This document shows positions 1 through 8,623 of a DNA stretch of 39,351 bases, one piece after another. The position numbers and the translations under genes are program-made. Each line of letters opens with the position of its first letter. Within the stretch, counting starts at the first letter, position 1. The DNA is from Crocinitomicaceae bacterium (GTDB lineage: Bacteria; Bacteroidota; Bacteroidia; Flavobacteriales_D; Crocinitomicaceae). The notes under the pieces were generated by a model, which was given only the letters and a program-made list of their open reading frames with translations, was not told the DNA's origin and searched no databases. The stretch is from the NCBI GenBank assembly GCA_047621865.1, contig JBLHON010000001.1, positions 1 to 39,351 of the forward strand, in the 5' to 3' direction.

Positions 1-762
1 GATAGCGTTTTTGCTGCAATTGTAGATGGAAATATTACCGCATTTAGTGATACAACTATATGTCCAGGAGAAACTGCTACATTATCTGTCATTGGTGGTG
101 TTAGCTACACTTGGTCGCCCTCTAATACATTGAACACTCCCATTGGCTCACCAGTATATGCAACACCTGCGGCACCAACTCTTTATGTAGTTAATGGAAT
201 CGATGAGTATGGATGTCCGCATCAAGATTCAGTATTCGTAGACTTATTTCCAGCTGCATTCATTCAAACTGTGCCAGATATTCATGCTTTCTATGGAGAT
301 GCCGTTCAACTTGGTGCAACAAGTTCAACAAATGGTACTTTCATTTGGTCACCTGCTGAGTATTTAAGCTGTGTAGCCTGCACTGGTCCAATTGCACAGC
401 CAGATCAAAATTATGTATATACAGTCACGTACGTAGATGACAATGGATGTTCTGCGAGTGACCATGTGAATATTTATTACGATCCAATTCTGTACATTCC
501 AAATACATTTACGCCGAATAATGACCACGATGGACTTAATGCTTTCTTCAAGGCTGAAGGAGGAAATATTGCTGAGTTCAAAATGGACATCTACAATCGC
601 TGGGGTGAACTTATTTTCACGGCAAATTCATTGGATGAATCATGGGATGGAACTTATAATGGCGCAGAATGTCAAGATGGAACGTACACCTGGAAAGTCG
701 TTCTGAAAGATTTTGTAAATATCAATCATGTCCATGTTGGACATGTCAATATCATTCGATAA
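1..762 (+). CDS. Secreted multi-domain protein, C-terminal fragment (5' end outside window), ending in a T9SS type-B C-terminal sorting domain
   Basis: Frame 1 is open from nt 1, so the track start at 130 is only an internal TTG. Cys-containing Ig-like modules (ICPGETATLSVIGGVSYTWSP, GCPHQDSVFV, GCSASDHVNIY) precede the terminal block YIPNTFTPNNDHDGLNAFF..YNRWGELIF..WDGTYNG..DGTYTWKV. That block is typical of gliding-motility-associated (CHU_C-like) CTDs. Confidence 0.8.
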   Translation, partial: DSVFAAIVDGNITAFSDTTICPGETATLSVIGGVSYTWSPSNTLNTPIGSPVYATPAAPTLYVVNGIDEYGCPHQDSVFVDLFPAAFIQTVPDIHAFYGDAVQLGATSSTNGTFIWSPAEYLSCVACTGPIAQPDQNYVYTVTYVDDNGCSASDHVNIYYDPILYIPNTFTPNNDHDGLNAFFKAEGGNIAEFKMDIYNRWGELIFTANSLDESWDGTYNGAECQDGTYTWKVVLKDFVNINHVHVGHVNIIR

Positions 763-774
763 TCATAGATGGCG

Positions 775-1299
775 CTAAATAAAGCGTTCGTCAACTTCCA
801 TTACATGTGAACAATTGTCACATGTTCGAAGTTCTTCTGAAGCATAAAAATCCTTGAATCGCGACAAGAAATCGTGAACTATATCTTCTAATGGGAATCT
901 GAATTCGTGCAGCTGGTGGTTGCATTCATCGCAGAACCAGAGTAAACCATCCATCATATCAGTGCCCTTTCGCACACGTTCAATCACAAGTCCAACTGTA
1001 TTCTCTCCACGCATAGGAGAGTGCGGGATCTTTCCTGGAAGTAAGAAAATATCACCTTCCTTGATGTGAATATCCTTTGCTTTGCCATCTTCTTGAATCC
1101 GGACCATGATATCACCCTCCAATTGATAGAACAATTCCTCGCTCTCATTGTAGTGATAATCTTTCCGTGCATTTGGCCCACCAACAATCATTACAATGAA
1201 ATCTCCTGCCTCAACATAAAGGTTCTTGTTTCCTACTGGTGGTTTTAGAAGATCACGATTGTCTTCGATCCACTTATTAAGATTAAAAGGTGCCATCAT
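775..1299 (-). CDS. nbaC: 3-hydroxyanthranilate 3,4-dioxygenase (cupin; kynurenine pathway / NAD de novo synthesis)
   Basis: 174 aa. The N-terminus FNLNKWIEDNRDLLKPPVGNK matches the family. Cupin metal-site context is present (DYHYNESEELFYQLEG ... IPHSP). A C-terminal rubredoxin-like CDEC...CDNC pair is found in bacterial and yeast HAO enzymes. Confidence 0.9.
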   Translation of the reverse strand: MMAPFNLNKWIEDNRDLLKPPVGNKNLYVEAGDFIVMIVGGPNARKDYHYNESEELFYQLEGDIMVRIQEDGKAKDIHIKEGDIFLLPGKIPHSPMRGENTVGLVIERVRKGTDMMDGLLWFCDECNHQLHEFRFPLEDIVHDFLSRFKDFYASEELRTCDNCSHVMEVDERFI

Positions 1300-1423
1300 A
1301 ACGTGCGATTTAAAGTGCTGGAGTAAAGGTAAAAAAAGATTGATTAATTTAAGTCGTAGATTTGATGAGTTCAGTATTGACGAACTCCTTCGCTCAACCT
1401 TATCCTACCAGCCGTCCCATGAT

Positions 1424-1825
1424 TCACTCAATCACATTGATGCGAACAGTATAACTGTGCTTAAGTTCCCCTCGGAAATACTCTTGAATGAGCACATCAC
1501 TTACTCCAACTGAAGTGGCATTATAGATATAATATCTCGTGGCTGCATCACCTCCAGACATTTCAGATTTCTTCAAATCATCATATTCAAAAATCTTTTC
1601 TTCAAGAGCGAGAACTGAATTGTCTTCAGAGGCTACTGAGACCTGGTTCCCAACAGATGTGTGAACATGTCCACCATAATAGAGTTTCTGACCAACTTTA
1701 ACGGTCATTTCTGACATGAATGGTATAATGCTCACCATATCTTTAGATGGCTTGAATTTTCCTTGAGCATTGCTCGAATTTGAAAAACTAAATACACTTG
1801 CTGCAATAAGAATAAACAATTTCAT
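1424..1825 (-). CDS. Small secreted hypothetical protein (signal peptide, beta-rich)
   Basis: 133-aa ORF with N-terminal signal peptide MKLFILIAASVFSFSNSSNAQ. I recognise no family motif with certainty. There is a faint resemblance to small chagasin-like beta-sandwich inhibitors. Confidence 0.55.
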   Translation of the reverse strand: MKLFILIAASVFSFSNSSNAQGKFKPSKDMVSIIPFMSEMTVKVGQKLYYGGHVHTSVGNQVSVASEDNSVLALEEKIFEYDDLKKSEMSGGDAATRYYIYNATSVGVSDVLIQEYFRGELKHSYTVRINVIE

Positions 1826-1929
1826 AGGCTTTGTTTTTACTTGTTAGAATGCAGTACAGTTACCCGTGAATTACGGATTGGAAATTCTCATTTTTAACGG
1901 AAAGTTAACGTATTATGGATTGAAGAAGG

Positions 1930-3282
1930 CTACAAAACCCGTGCAATCTCACTTTTCAATGGGATATTCAATGCATCCAAACTTCCATTTCGCGCCTTCT
2001 CTACAAATTCCAATTTCACGTCTGGTCTGAATAGCAAACAGTGAGTTGAACCACCAAAATGGAACATGCCCAATTGCTCGCCTTTTTTGACCTGTTGCCC
2101 AACTTCAACGGTTACTTGACACGAAGAAACTTCGGCCATCCCAATTGCCATAAAGCACATTAGACCAATTTTGGGATTGTCAGCCTCGATGAAAATGATC
2201 GCTCTAGTGGCAACAGCAGTAAGGAAAGCCTGTGAATCATTTGGTGCAGAATCGTCTGCGCCGGCAGGGTTTTTAAATCCTTGATATAGGTTTTCGAGGT
2301 AATAGCTGCCATTGATAATCGTGGCTTTTTTGATCGTGCCAGCAACAGGACTATGCCATCTATGATAACTCAAAGCACTTAAGAAAGCCTGATAAACAGT
2401 TCCACCAGCAAATTGTGGAGCATAAGAGTCCCAAGACAGCATATTATTCAATGAATAAGGCTGTTTCTTGAGCCAGAATTGAGCAGTTTCTTGCACATTC
2501 TCAACTACTTGAAGAGGTCCAGATTCGCACGCATTTACAATTATATCATCATCATCAGGGCTGGCTACAGGGCGAACACCAGCAACGAATTCACGCGTGA
2601 AGAAATCATCCCACGATTTGTAGCCATAGTATTCATCACTAGGATCACAGACGAAAAAGTCCTGAAATTGTTTTTCTTGACAGGCCTTTGGATCATCTTG
2701 TCCTTGACATGCCACGGAAACCATCTCATTCAATGCCGTCTCGCTCAACCATGGAATAACCTTTGGTGTTGCACTTGGGTCGCCTTCAACCAGCACATAG
2801 CGGGATGCTTCTGTTTGAAGAAATTTAGACCAATGCCGCAAAATCGTCTTGAATTGCTGATTCACTAGTGTATTTGAAAAAACAGTGTAGCCAGAAGCAG
2901 TTCCCATTGGCCAATCGAGAAGAGCGTTAATTGGGAAGCCAATTAATCCACAAGGATCCTCGATGCCTTTATTTTCACATTCAATATATTCTGGCGCCTG
3001 AACCATAATCTCATTGAGTAATTGCAGAAAATGATCAAAATCACGCACTTCTGGTTCGCCAGTTGGAGAGAGTTTTTTCCGACTCAAGGCTTCTTGAAAC
3101 ATGGCATACACGGATACATTCAGAGCGAGATCTGCCTGAACCATAGCCTTGAAATTTCGAATAGGCTCAATAAGCTCACGTGGATTCTTCTCAACTTTCA
3201 GGATCAAATTATGGATCCATCCATTTGTATGCATTGGATTTGTTGGGAGCCAACCTCCCGTGCGTTTTTCCTTTGTCGACAT
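1930..3282 (-). CDS. Phosphatidylserine-decarboxylase-family (pyruvoyl-dependent) decarboxylase, long PsiD-like form
   Basis: 450 aa. The C-terminal block IIFIEADNPKIGLMCFMAIGMAEVSSC..GEQLGMFHFGGSTHCLLF contains the G-S self-cleavage / pyruvoyl-forming site of PSD enzymes. Upstream blocks YYGYKSWDDFFTREF and YHRWHSPVAGTI also match the PSD fold. The roughly 200-aa N-terminal extension is as in the long fungal/bacterial PSD-like subgroup. Confidence 0.85.
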   Translation of the reverse strand: MSTKEKRTGGWLPTNPMHTNGWIHNLILKVEKNPRELIEPIRNFKAMVQADLALNVSVYAMFQEALSRKKLSPTGEPEVRDFDHFLQLLNEIMVQAPEYIECENKGIEDPCGLIGFPINALLDWPMGTASGYTVFSNTLVNQQFKTILRHWSKFLQTEASRYVLVEGDPSATPKVIPWLSETALNEMVSVACQGQDDPKACQEKQFQDFFVCDPSDEYYGYKSWDDFFTREFVAGVRPVASPDDDDIIVNACESGPLQVVENVQETAQFWLKKQPYSLNNMLSWDSYAPQFAGGTVYQAFLSALSYHRWHSPVAGTIKKATIINGSYYLENLYQGFKNPAGADDSAPNDSQAFLTAVATRAIIFIEADNPKIGLMCFMAIGMAEVSSCQVTVEVGQQVKKGEQLGMFHFGGSTHCLLFRPDVKLEFVEKARNGSLDALNIPLKSEIARVL

Positions 3283-3675
3283 AGTGAATCAGTTAATAGG
3301 GTTCAAAAACCTTACAGTAAACTTTAGTGTTTCGATCAAGGATCGACGGATGAAATTCTACAGTTAGGTGTTTTATTGTGATGGAAAGATACATAATTCA
3401 AAACGAAATCTTGATAAAAAGTGCGGAAAATACTACCCTTTGCCGTTTTTTGAATTTCGCTCGAAAAAAAATGAACATTTTGGAGGAATTGTGTCGAATT
3501 TCTTCGTTTTAATGCTTCTGGTCTCTTTCGTTAATCCCACTGAAATTAAACGTCAAGAGGGAAAGTTTCTGATTGTTTTTGTGAACCTAAATGTGACTCG
3601 ATCCCAAGTTGTTGCGGGTTTGTAATAGTGTTGGTAATGAAAATCATCCAAGTCTGGAAGGCGTATTTAAGAAGT

Positions 3676-4269
3676 TCATTCCTTCTCGTAAAAAAAGACA
3701 TTGCTCGAGTTCCAGAAGGTTGCACCACCTGGTTGATGATATAAATCAATGAAAATGAGGTATTTACCATCGTAAGAATGAGCGCCCTGAATCAAGTCCA
3801 CCTGAGTTGAGCTTTCTACACGGATTTCCTGAGGATGATAGACCAAGAATTGCGTGCGGCTTTCCGCATCTAGAGGATTGATGGATTCACGAGTTACTTG
3901 AATACTTCGCGATTCATAGTTGTGTTTCCCCCCAAAATCAATAGGACGATCGTAAGAAGAGGCAGTGTTAATCGAAAGTCTGAATTTACACGAATAGGTT
4001 CCACTTGTATCAACCAGTGTATCCAATCTAAGTTTACTGATTTCTCCAACAAGCTCAATTAATTCTTTCATTTCAACACGACTAGTGTAAAGCTCGTTCG
4101 TATCGATAATCATTGACTTGTCATCGTTCAATTTTGGAAGAAGGTCCCAGATAGGGTTGCTGAAATGAATGCTGTCCGTTTCAATAGACTTGATTGAATC
4201 TTCTTCTACTTGCGCGTTCAATCCCTTTGAAAGAAGCAGAATTGCAAGAACGAGATAGCTTTTTACCAT
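3676..4269 (-). CDS. Secreted hypothetical protein
   Basis: The ORF track extends to 4347, but that extension runs through the upstream terminator. The ATG at 4269 gives a clean signal peptide MVKSYLVLAILLLSKGLNAQ. No recognisable family. Confidence 0.6.
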   Translation of the reverse strand: MVKSYLVLAILLLSKGLNAQVEEDSIKSIETDSIHFSNPIWDLLPKLNDDKSMIIDTNELYTSRVEMKELIELVGEISKLRLDTLVDTSGTYSCKFRLSINTASSYDRPIDFGGKHNYESRSIQVTRESINPLDAESRTQFLVYHPQEIRVESSTQVDLIQGAHSYDGKYLIFIDLYHQPGGATFWNSSNVFFYEKE

Positions 4270-4330
4270 GCTAATTGATACACTCAATAGCTTTTGAGGT
4301 TCACTTTCAGCGAAAGAAAGTTTCAACATA

Positions 4331-4357
4331 AAAAAAGGCCGTCCCAATGAGACGACC
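4331..4357 (-). terminator. Rho-independent terminator of the 1354-aa adhesin-like gene
   Basis: On the minus-strand RNA, GGUCGUC-loop-GACGGCC forms 7 bp including one G-U pair, followed by UUUUUU. On the plus strand the same position would be a C-A mismatch, which supports minus orientation. Confidence 0.65.
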
Positions 4358-4377
4358 TTTCAAACTATTCGTTGATC

Positions 4378-7300
4378 CTAGTTGTGAACAACTCGGAACG
4401 TTTTCTGTGCATTGTCATTGTACACCTTGATGATGTAAAGGCCTGTTTCCATTCCTTCGAAATCAATCTCAGTAGTTTCAAATCCATCAACAGCTGAATC
4501 TTTCGATGAGATTACTTTTCCTTTCACGTCAGTTACTTCATAATTGAAGACTTCAGTTGATCCAAAGTTTGAAATGTAAACGATTCCTGATGTTGGATTT
4601 GGGAATACACTCATCCCAGCAAAACTCAATTCGTTAATTGCTAAGAAATCACATGTTCCAACAGTTACAACAATGTTTGCTGTATCAGCAGGACAAACTC
4701 CATTCGAGGCAACATACGTATATGTTGAAACTCCAGAGCTTGTTCCAGATGTGATTGATGGACTTGGTAAAGCAGTGCTTGAAGGATCGTACCATGTACC
4801 TCCTAAATCAACTGTTCCACTCAAAGCACTTAATAAGTTCAATGGCTCATTTTGACATACTGTCAATGCTCCATCTGCTCCAGCACTTGAAGGTGCATAA
4901 ATTTGAACTTGCTGATCAACACTATCGACCGCGCAACCTTCAACTACATTGTATTGGAAGTCATATACCTGGTATGCTAATCCTGCAGAAGCAAATAATG
5001 GATCTGCAAATCCTGCTGTAGGAATCGACTCAGACCAGATTCCGCCTGCATCATTACCACCAATTCCGTTGAATAAGTCAACGACATCACCAGAACATGC
5101 ATCAATTAATCCAGTAGTTGTACCAGCTTCAATATCAATTTCAGTTAATGAAAGTGAGTAGACACCAGTCGTAGTTGTACTCCATGAATCGTGCATTAAG
5201 TAATAAGTATTCCCTGGCGTTAATCCACAGATACTTAAATAAGGTGCAGCTGAAGTAAAGTCAACTGCATCGTCATTTGCACCCACTAATGAATAGACGC
5301 TAAAGTCAGAACAATCAACTGTAGAGTAGATTGCTACTTGACCGTCAAACCCAACGTCTTTTCCTGAAATCCAAATATTTCCAGATGGAGGAGCGTCGAA
5401 TGTAAACCAAGTTGTGAAATCAATATTAGAGTCTCCCCATCCATCAACTTCGTTGAATCCTGTAACAGGAGGAGTAGCTGCTGCCTCACCAACTTCAGTT
5501 GTTGCACCTGTGTTATCAAACGCATAAGCTACGCCATCTACAGGAAGAGCCTGAGGTGAACAAGCTGCATCGTTATCTAGTGGCATTGTGAACGTGATTG
5601 GTCCAACGAAATTGGATGAATCACCACCGCACAAAGCTTGAACGTACACTTCATACACTCCACCTGACATGAACGTCACATCTGCTGTTGTATCTGTGTA
5701 GTTATTATCTGCATTCACAAATGTTCCAGTTCCAGGAGCGAATCCAAGTGGACCATATTGTAGATCAAACCCAGTTGATGGGTAACCTGGAGTTGCTGAC
5801 CAAGACCAGTTTGTAAATAATGAATCTGTTGCAGTTGCTGTTGTGATTCCAGTTACATCTGAACAGTTTGGCAAAGTTGTAAATGTTGCAAACAAACCTC
5901 CAGTACTTTGAAGGATCAATGGATTACAATCTGCAAAAATGTAGATGTCGTAATCAGTAATTGCAGTCAATCCAGGGATTATAGCAACAGTTGATGTAAA
6001 CGTTAAAGATGTTCCAGAAACTGCTGGATCAAATCCTGGAGGACCATATATTACAGTCCAATTCGTTTCACCTGCTAAACCTGCACTCCACGTAATTCCA
6101 GCTTCGTCATTATCAACATAAGTAAGAATGAAGTCTGTAGGATTAGGACAATCAGTGTAGAAGTAGTGAATACAAGAATTATTCTCCAAGAATGTAGGAT
6201 CATTGAACGAAACATCAATATCTTGATTTGGACCAGCAGCACCAATTGTAGCACCTGCACCATTGTTCCCGAAGTTACCAACTGCAAATTCAGTGTCTGC
6301 ATAAAGTGAATAAATCTCACCTGTAGCCTCATCAATGATGATTTGATAGGTGATCACGTCTAAAGGTGTTCCTCCAGGCCACATACTTTGGTTGTTCCAC
6401 TGTACGATGAATTGTTGGTTTGGTGCTGTTCCAATTGTTTCATAGAATACACCACCATTATCAGTGATAACATCATCCCAGAATCCATAGATACCATCTG
6501 CTGCTCCAGTTACGGCGGCATTTCCAAATCCTAAGATTCCAGTTAATGTTCCTAAGATGATTCCACCATTCTCTCCAATTGTAACATCATTTACAATTGT
6601 TCCTTGATAGAGTAACGAGAAAGGAAGTGACAATCCAAGAACTGCATCATCTATTAAATTTGCGTTTGTTCCTGTTACAGAGATGTCTGTAAACCCAGGT
6701 CCACAATCTACATTCCAATCCATATAGATTCCTTGATCGTATGTATTGAATGTGACTGGTCCTACATACGTAGAAGTATCTCCAGGCCCGCAAACTGCGC
6801 GTAAATAGAGTTCGTAGAAAGTATCAGGTGTTAATCCTGTGATTGTTTCAGGATTAAGGTTAGTTAATATACTTGTTCCGGTTCCAGGTGTAAAACCAGG
6901 AGCACCATATTCAAGTTCCCACTGAGTCTCTGCAAATCCAATTGTCCAAGCGAAAGTTGCCGTTGTAGGATCTGACGCCGTCACCATTAATGCACTTGGT
7001 GCTGGACATGTTGGTGCTTCAATGATGTTGATATCATCCAAGCAAATATCTCCTTCGAAAAGTCCATTTGCAACAGCTCTGAAACGAATTCGAACTGTTT
7101 GACCAGCATATGCTCCAAGAGCCGTTTCGCTCAAAAGCCATGCATCTGCCTGTGTTAATTGTTGAGCTCCTGTGAATGCTGTTACTGGATTCCAAGTAGC
7201 ACCGAAATCATTAGATATTTCAACATTTAGCGTTCCTATTTGGTTACCAAACATATGATAGCTGAATTGAAGCAATGGTACAGAAAGACCTGAAAGATCG

Positions 7301-8442
7301 AGATCTGGCGTTACTAATATTGCTTCATCTCCAACATTTGCACTTGAAGCTTCAGTATAGAAGTAGTTCGTTCCGCTATTTGCGACATTAGCACCAGTGC
7401 CAAATGAAGGTGTTGTTCCTATTCCAGTAATGTCCCAATCGTAGTTTGCAGTTGCTGATGCATTCCAACAATTTGAAGTTGTTAAAAGAGTTGTTGGCGT
7501 ATGTCCATCAACGTTATCTGACCAAGGAGTTGCTGCTACTGTACATGAAGTCAAGAATTGAAATGGTCCCGTCCATAGACTCTGTGACCCTCCACAATCT
7601 GCACGTACATAATACTCATAAGAAGTTGATCCAGATAAACCTGTAATTGGTGTAGGGTTAAGAAGTGATCCAGAGATTGTTGGTATTCCCGTTGGAATAA
7701 ATCCTGTAGGACCATACTCAATGTCCCACTGTGTAGCAGTTCCATTTTCCGTCCAACCAAAATCTGCAGTTGTTGCCGTAATAGAAGTTGCTGCAAGTGC
7801 TGATGGTGATGGGCATGTTACGTCAATAACGTTAATGTCATCAAAAGCAACCCCTTCGAATGTAATTGATCCATCAGAACCAAAAGCGAAACGCAATAGT
7901 ACAGAAGATTGACCGCCTAAACCATTAAGAAGGTGACTGGCACTGACCCAGCCTCCAGTTCCACTAGCCCCTGATCCAGTCCAGCCAGTTTGCTGTCCAC
8001 CAGGTGCTCCAAGAATCGTTCCGTCGTTATACCAGTTTACTGGATCGCCAAGAGCGCCAACGTTTTGCCAAGAGGTTCCACCATCAATAGATGATTGAAG
8101 AACCATTCCATCCCAACTGAATTCAGCATCGATCCAGATACTTACTTGAATTCCAGGGCTTGTTAGGGCCGTAAAATCAAATACGGGACTTTGAACAGAT
8201 CCAGTTTCACCGTTATTATAGAGTCCAGTAAGATTTGTTACATAAGCCTGTGTTCCACTCGCAGCACTATTGATTACTGCTCCAGCTGGAGTTCCCAATG
8301 CCCAGGTTCCCCCTGGATTGATTGTCCATCCTCCTGCACCACTTTCGAAATCTTCGAAGTAGGGATAGACTGTGATTTGAGCGTTTGCTTGCCATTGAAT
8401 TAGTAGAACTAATGTAACAAGACTAAGAAGTCGTCTTTTCAT
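4378..8442 (-). CDS. Large secreted adhesin-like protein (MAM-like and four fibronectin-III-like modules) with T9SS type-A C-terminal sorting domain
   Basis: Signal peptide MKRRLLSLVTLVLLIQWQANAQ. YPYFEDFESGAGGW is a MAM-like start. Four modules fit the pattern CP.PS....T...A.F.W.....T.W..EYG..GF.PG.G. The C-terminal ~80 aa (SVFPNPTSGIVYISN...GLYIIKVYNDNAQKTFRVVHN) looks like a Por secretion tail. Confidence 0.85.
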   Translation of the reverse strand: MKRRLLSLVTLVLLIQWQANAQITVYPYFEDFESGAGGWTINPGGTWALGTPAGAVINSAASGTQAYVTNLTGLYNNGETGSVQSPVFDFTALTSPGIQVSIWIDAEFSWDGMVLQSSIDGGTSWQNVGALGDPVNWYNDGTILGAPGGQQTGWTGSGASGTGGWVSASHLLNGLGGQSSVLLRFAFGSDGSITFEGVAFDDINVIDVTCPSPSALAATSITATTADFGWTENGTATQWDIEYGPTGFIPTGIPTISGSLLNPTPITGLSGSTSYEYYVRADCGGSQSLWTGPFQFLTSCTVAATPWSDNVDGHTPTTLLTTSNCWNASATANYDWDITGIGTTPSFGTGANVANSGTNYFYTEASSANVGDEAILVTPDLDLSGLSVPLLQFSYHMFGNQIGTLNVEISNDFGATWNPVTAFTGAQQLTQADAWLLSETALGAYAGQTVRIRFRAVANGLFEGDICLDDINIIEAPTCPAPSALMVTASDPTTATFAWTIGFAETQWELEYGAPGFTPGTGTSILTNLNPETITGLTPDTFYELYLRAVCGPGDTSTYVGPVTFNTYDQGIYMDWNVDCGPGFTDISVTGTNANLIDDAVLGLSLPFSLLYQGTIVNDVTIGENGGIILGTLTGILGFGNAAVTGAADGIYGFWDDVITDNGGVFYETIGTAPNQQFIVQWNNQSMWPGGTPLDVITYQIIIDEATGEIYSLYADTEFAVGNFGNNGAGATIGAAGPNQDIDVSFNDPTFLENNSCIHYFYTDCPNPTDFILTYVDNDEAGITWSAGLAGETNWTVIYGPPGFDPAVSGTSLTFTSTVAIIPGLTAITDYDIYIFADCNPLILQSTGGLFATFTTLPNCSDVTGITTATATDSLFTNWSWSATPGYPSTGFDLQYGPLGFAPGTGTFVNADNNYTDTTADVTFMSGGVYEVYVQALCGGDSSNFVGPITFTMPLDNDAACSPQALPVDGVAYAFDNTGATTEVGEAAATPPVTGFNEVDGWGDSNIDFTTWFTFDAPPSGNIWISGKDVGFDGQVAIYSTVDCSDFSVYSLVGANDDAVDFTSAAPYLSICGLTPGNTYYLMHDSWSTTTTGVYSLSLTEIDIEAGTTTGLIDACSGDVVDLFNGIGGNDAGGIWSESIPTAGFADPLFASAGLAYQVYDFQYNVVEGCAVDSVDQQVQIYAPSSAGADGALTVCQNEPLNLLSALSGTVDLGGTWYDPSSTALPSPSITSGTSSGVSTYTYVASNGVCPADTANIVVTVGTCDFLAINELSFAGMSVFPNPTSGIVYISNFGSTEVFNYEVTDVKGKVISSKDSAVDGFETTEIDFEGMETGLYIIKVYNDNAQKTFRVVHN

Positions 8443-8458
8443 ATAGGTTAATCTTTTA

Positions 8459-8590
8459 TTAAAAGTCCATCAAAATTACGACATAATAAATTGCGATCCC
8501 AACAAAGTTGTTCACAGTCCAGTTATAAGTGCTAAATCGGTATTTTCGAGGGTTGTGCTCGTTGAAAATTTCTTCAATTGCTAGTCTCAT
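8459..8590 (-). CDS. Possible 43-aa small membrane protein (below ORF-track cutoff)
   Basis: ATG at 8590, TAA at 8459-8461. Translation is MRLAIEEIFNEHNPRKYRFSTYNWTVNNFVGIAIYYVVILMDF, a polar N-half plus one hydrophobic C-terminal helix. It ends 16 nt upstream of the adhesin-like gene start on the same strand. There is no homology evidence. Confidence 0.3.
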   Translation of the reverse strand: MRLAIEEIFNEHNPRKYRFSTYNWTVNNFVGIAIYYVVILMDF

Positions 8591-8623
8591 TTGAATCATT
8601 ATCTTCGTTCAAAATTTTGAAGA

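Noticed and set aside
1381-1400. 10-mer AGCGAAGGAG (minus strand) shared with repeat copy A
   Set aside because: It is an isolated short match without the GAAGCTT loop or surrounding architecture. That is too little to call another repeat copy.
2479-3367. Plus-strand ORFs 2479-2868, 3022-3327 and 3149-3367, antisense to the PsiD-like gene
   Set aside because: These are shadow ORFs of a strongly supported minus-strand gene. Their products are low-complexity with no motifs. The same reasoning applies to the short ORFs inside the 4378-8442, 9468-11843, 16517-18277, 18426-19931, 29722-31080 and 34178-36430 genes.
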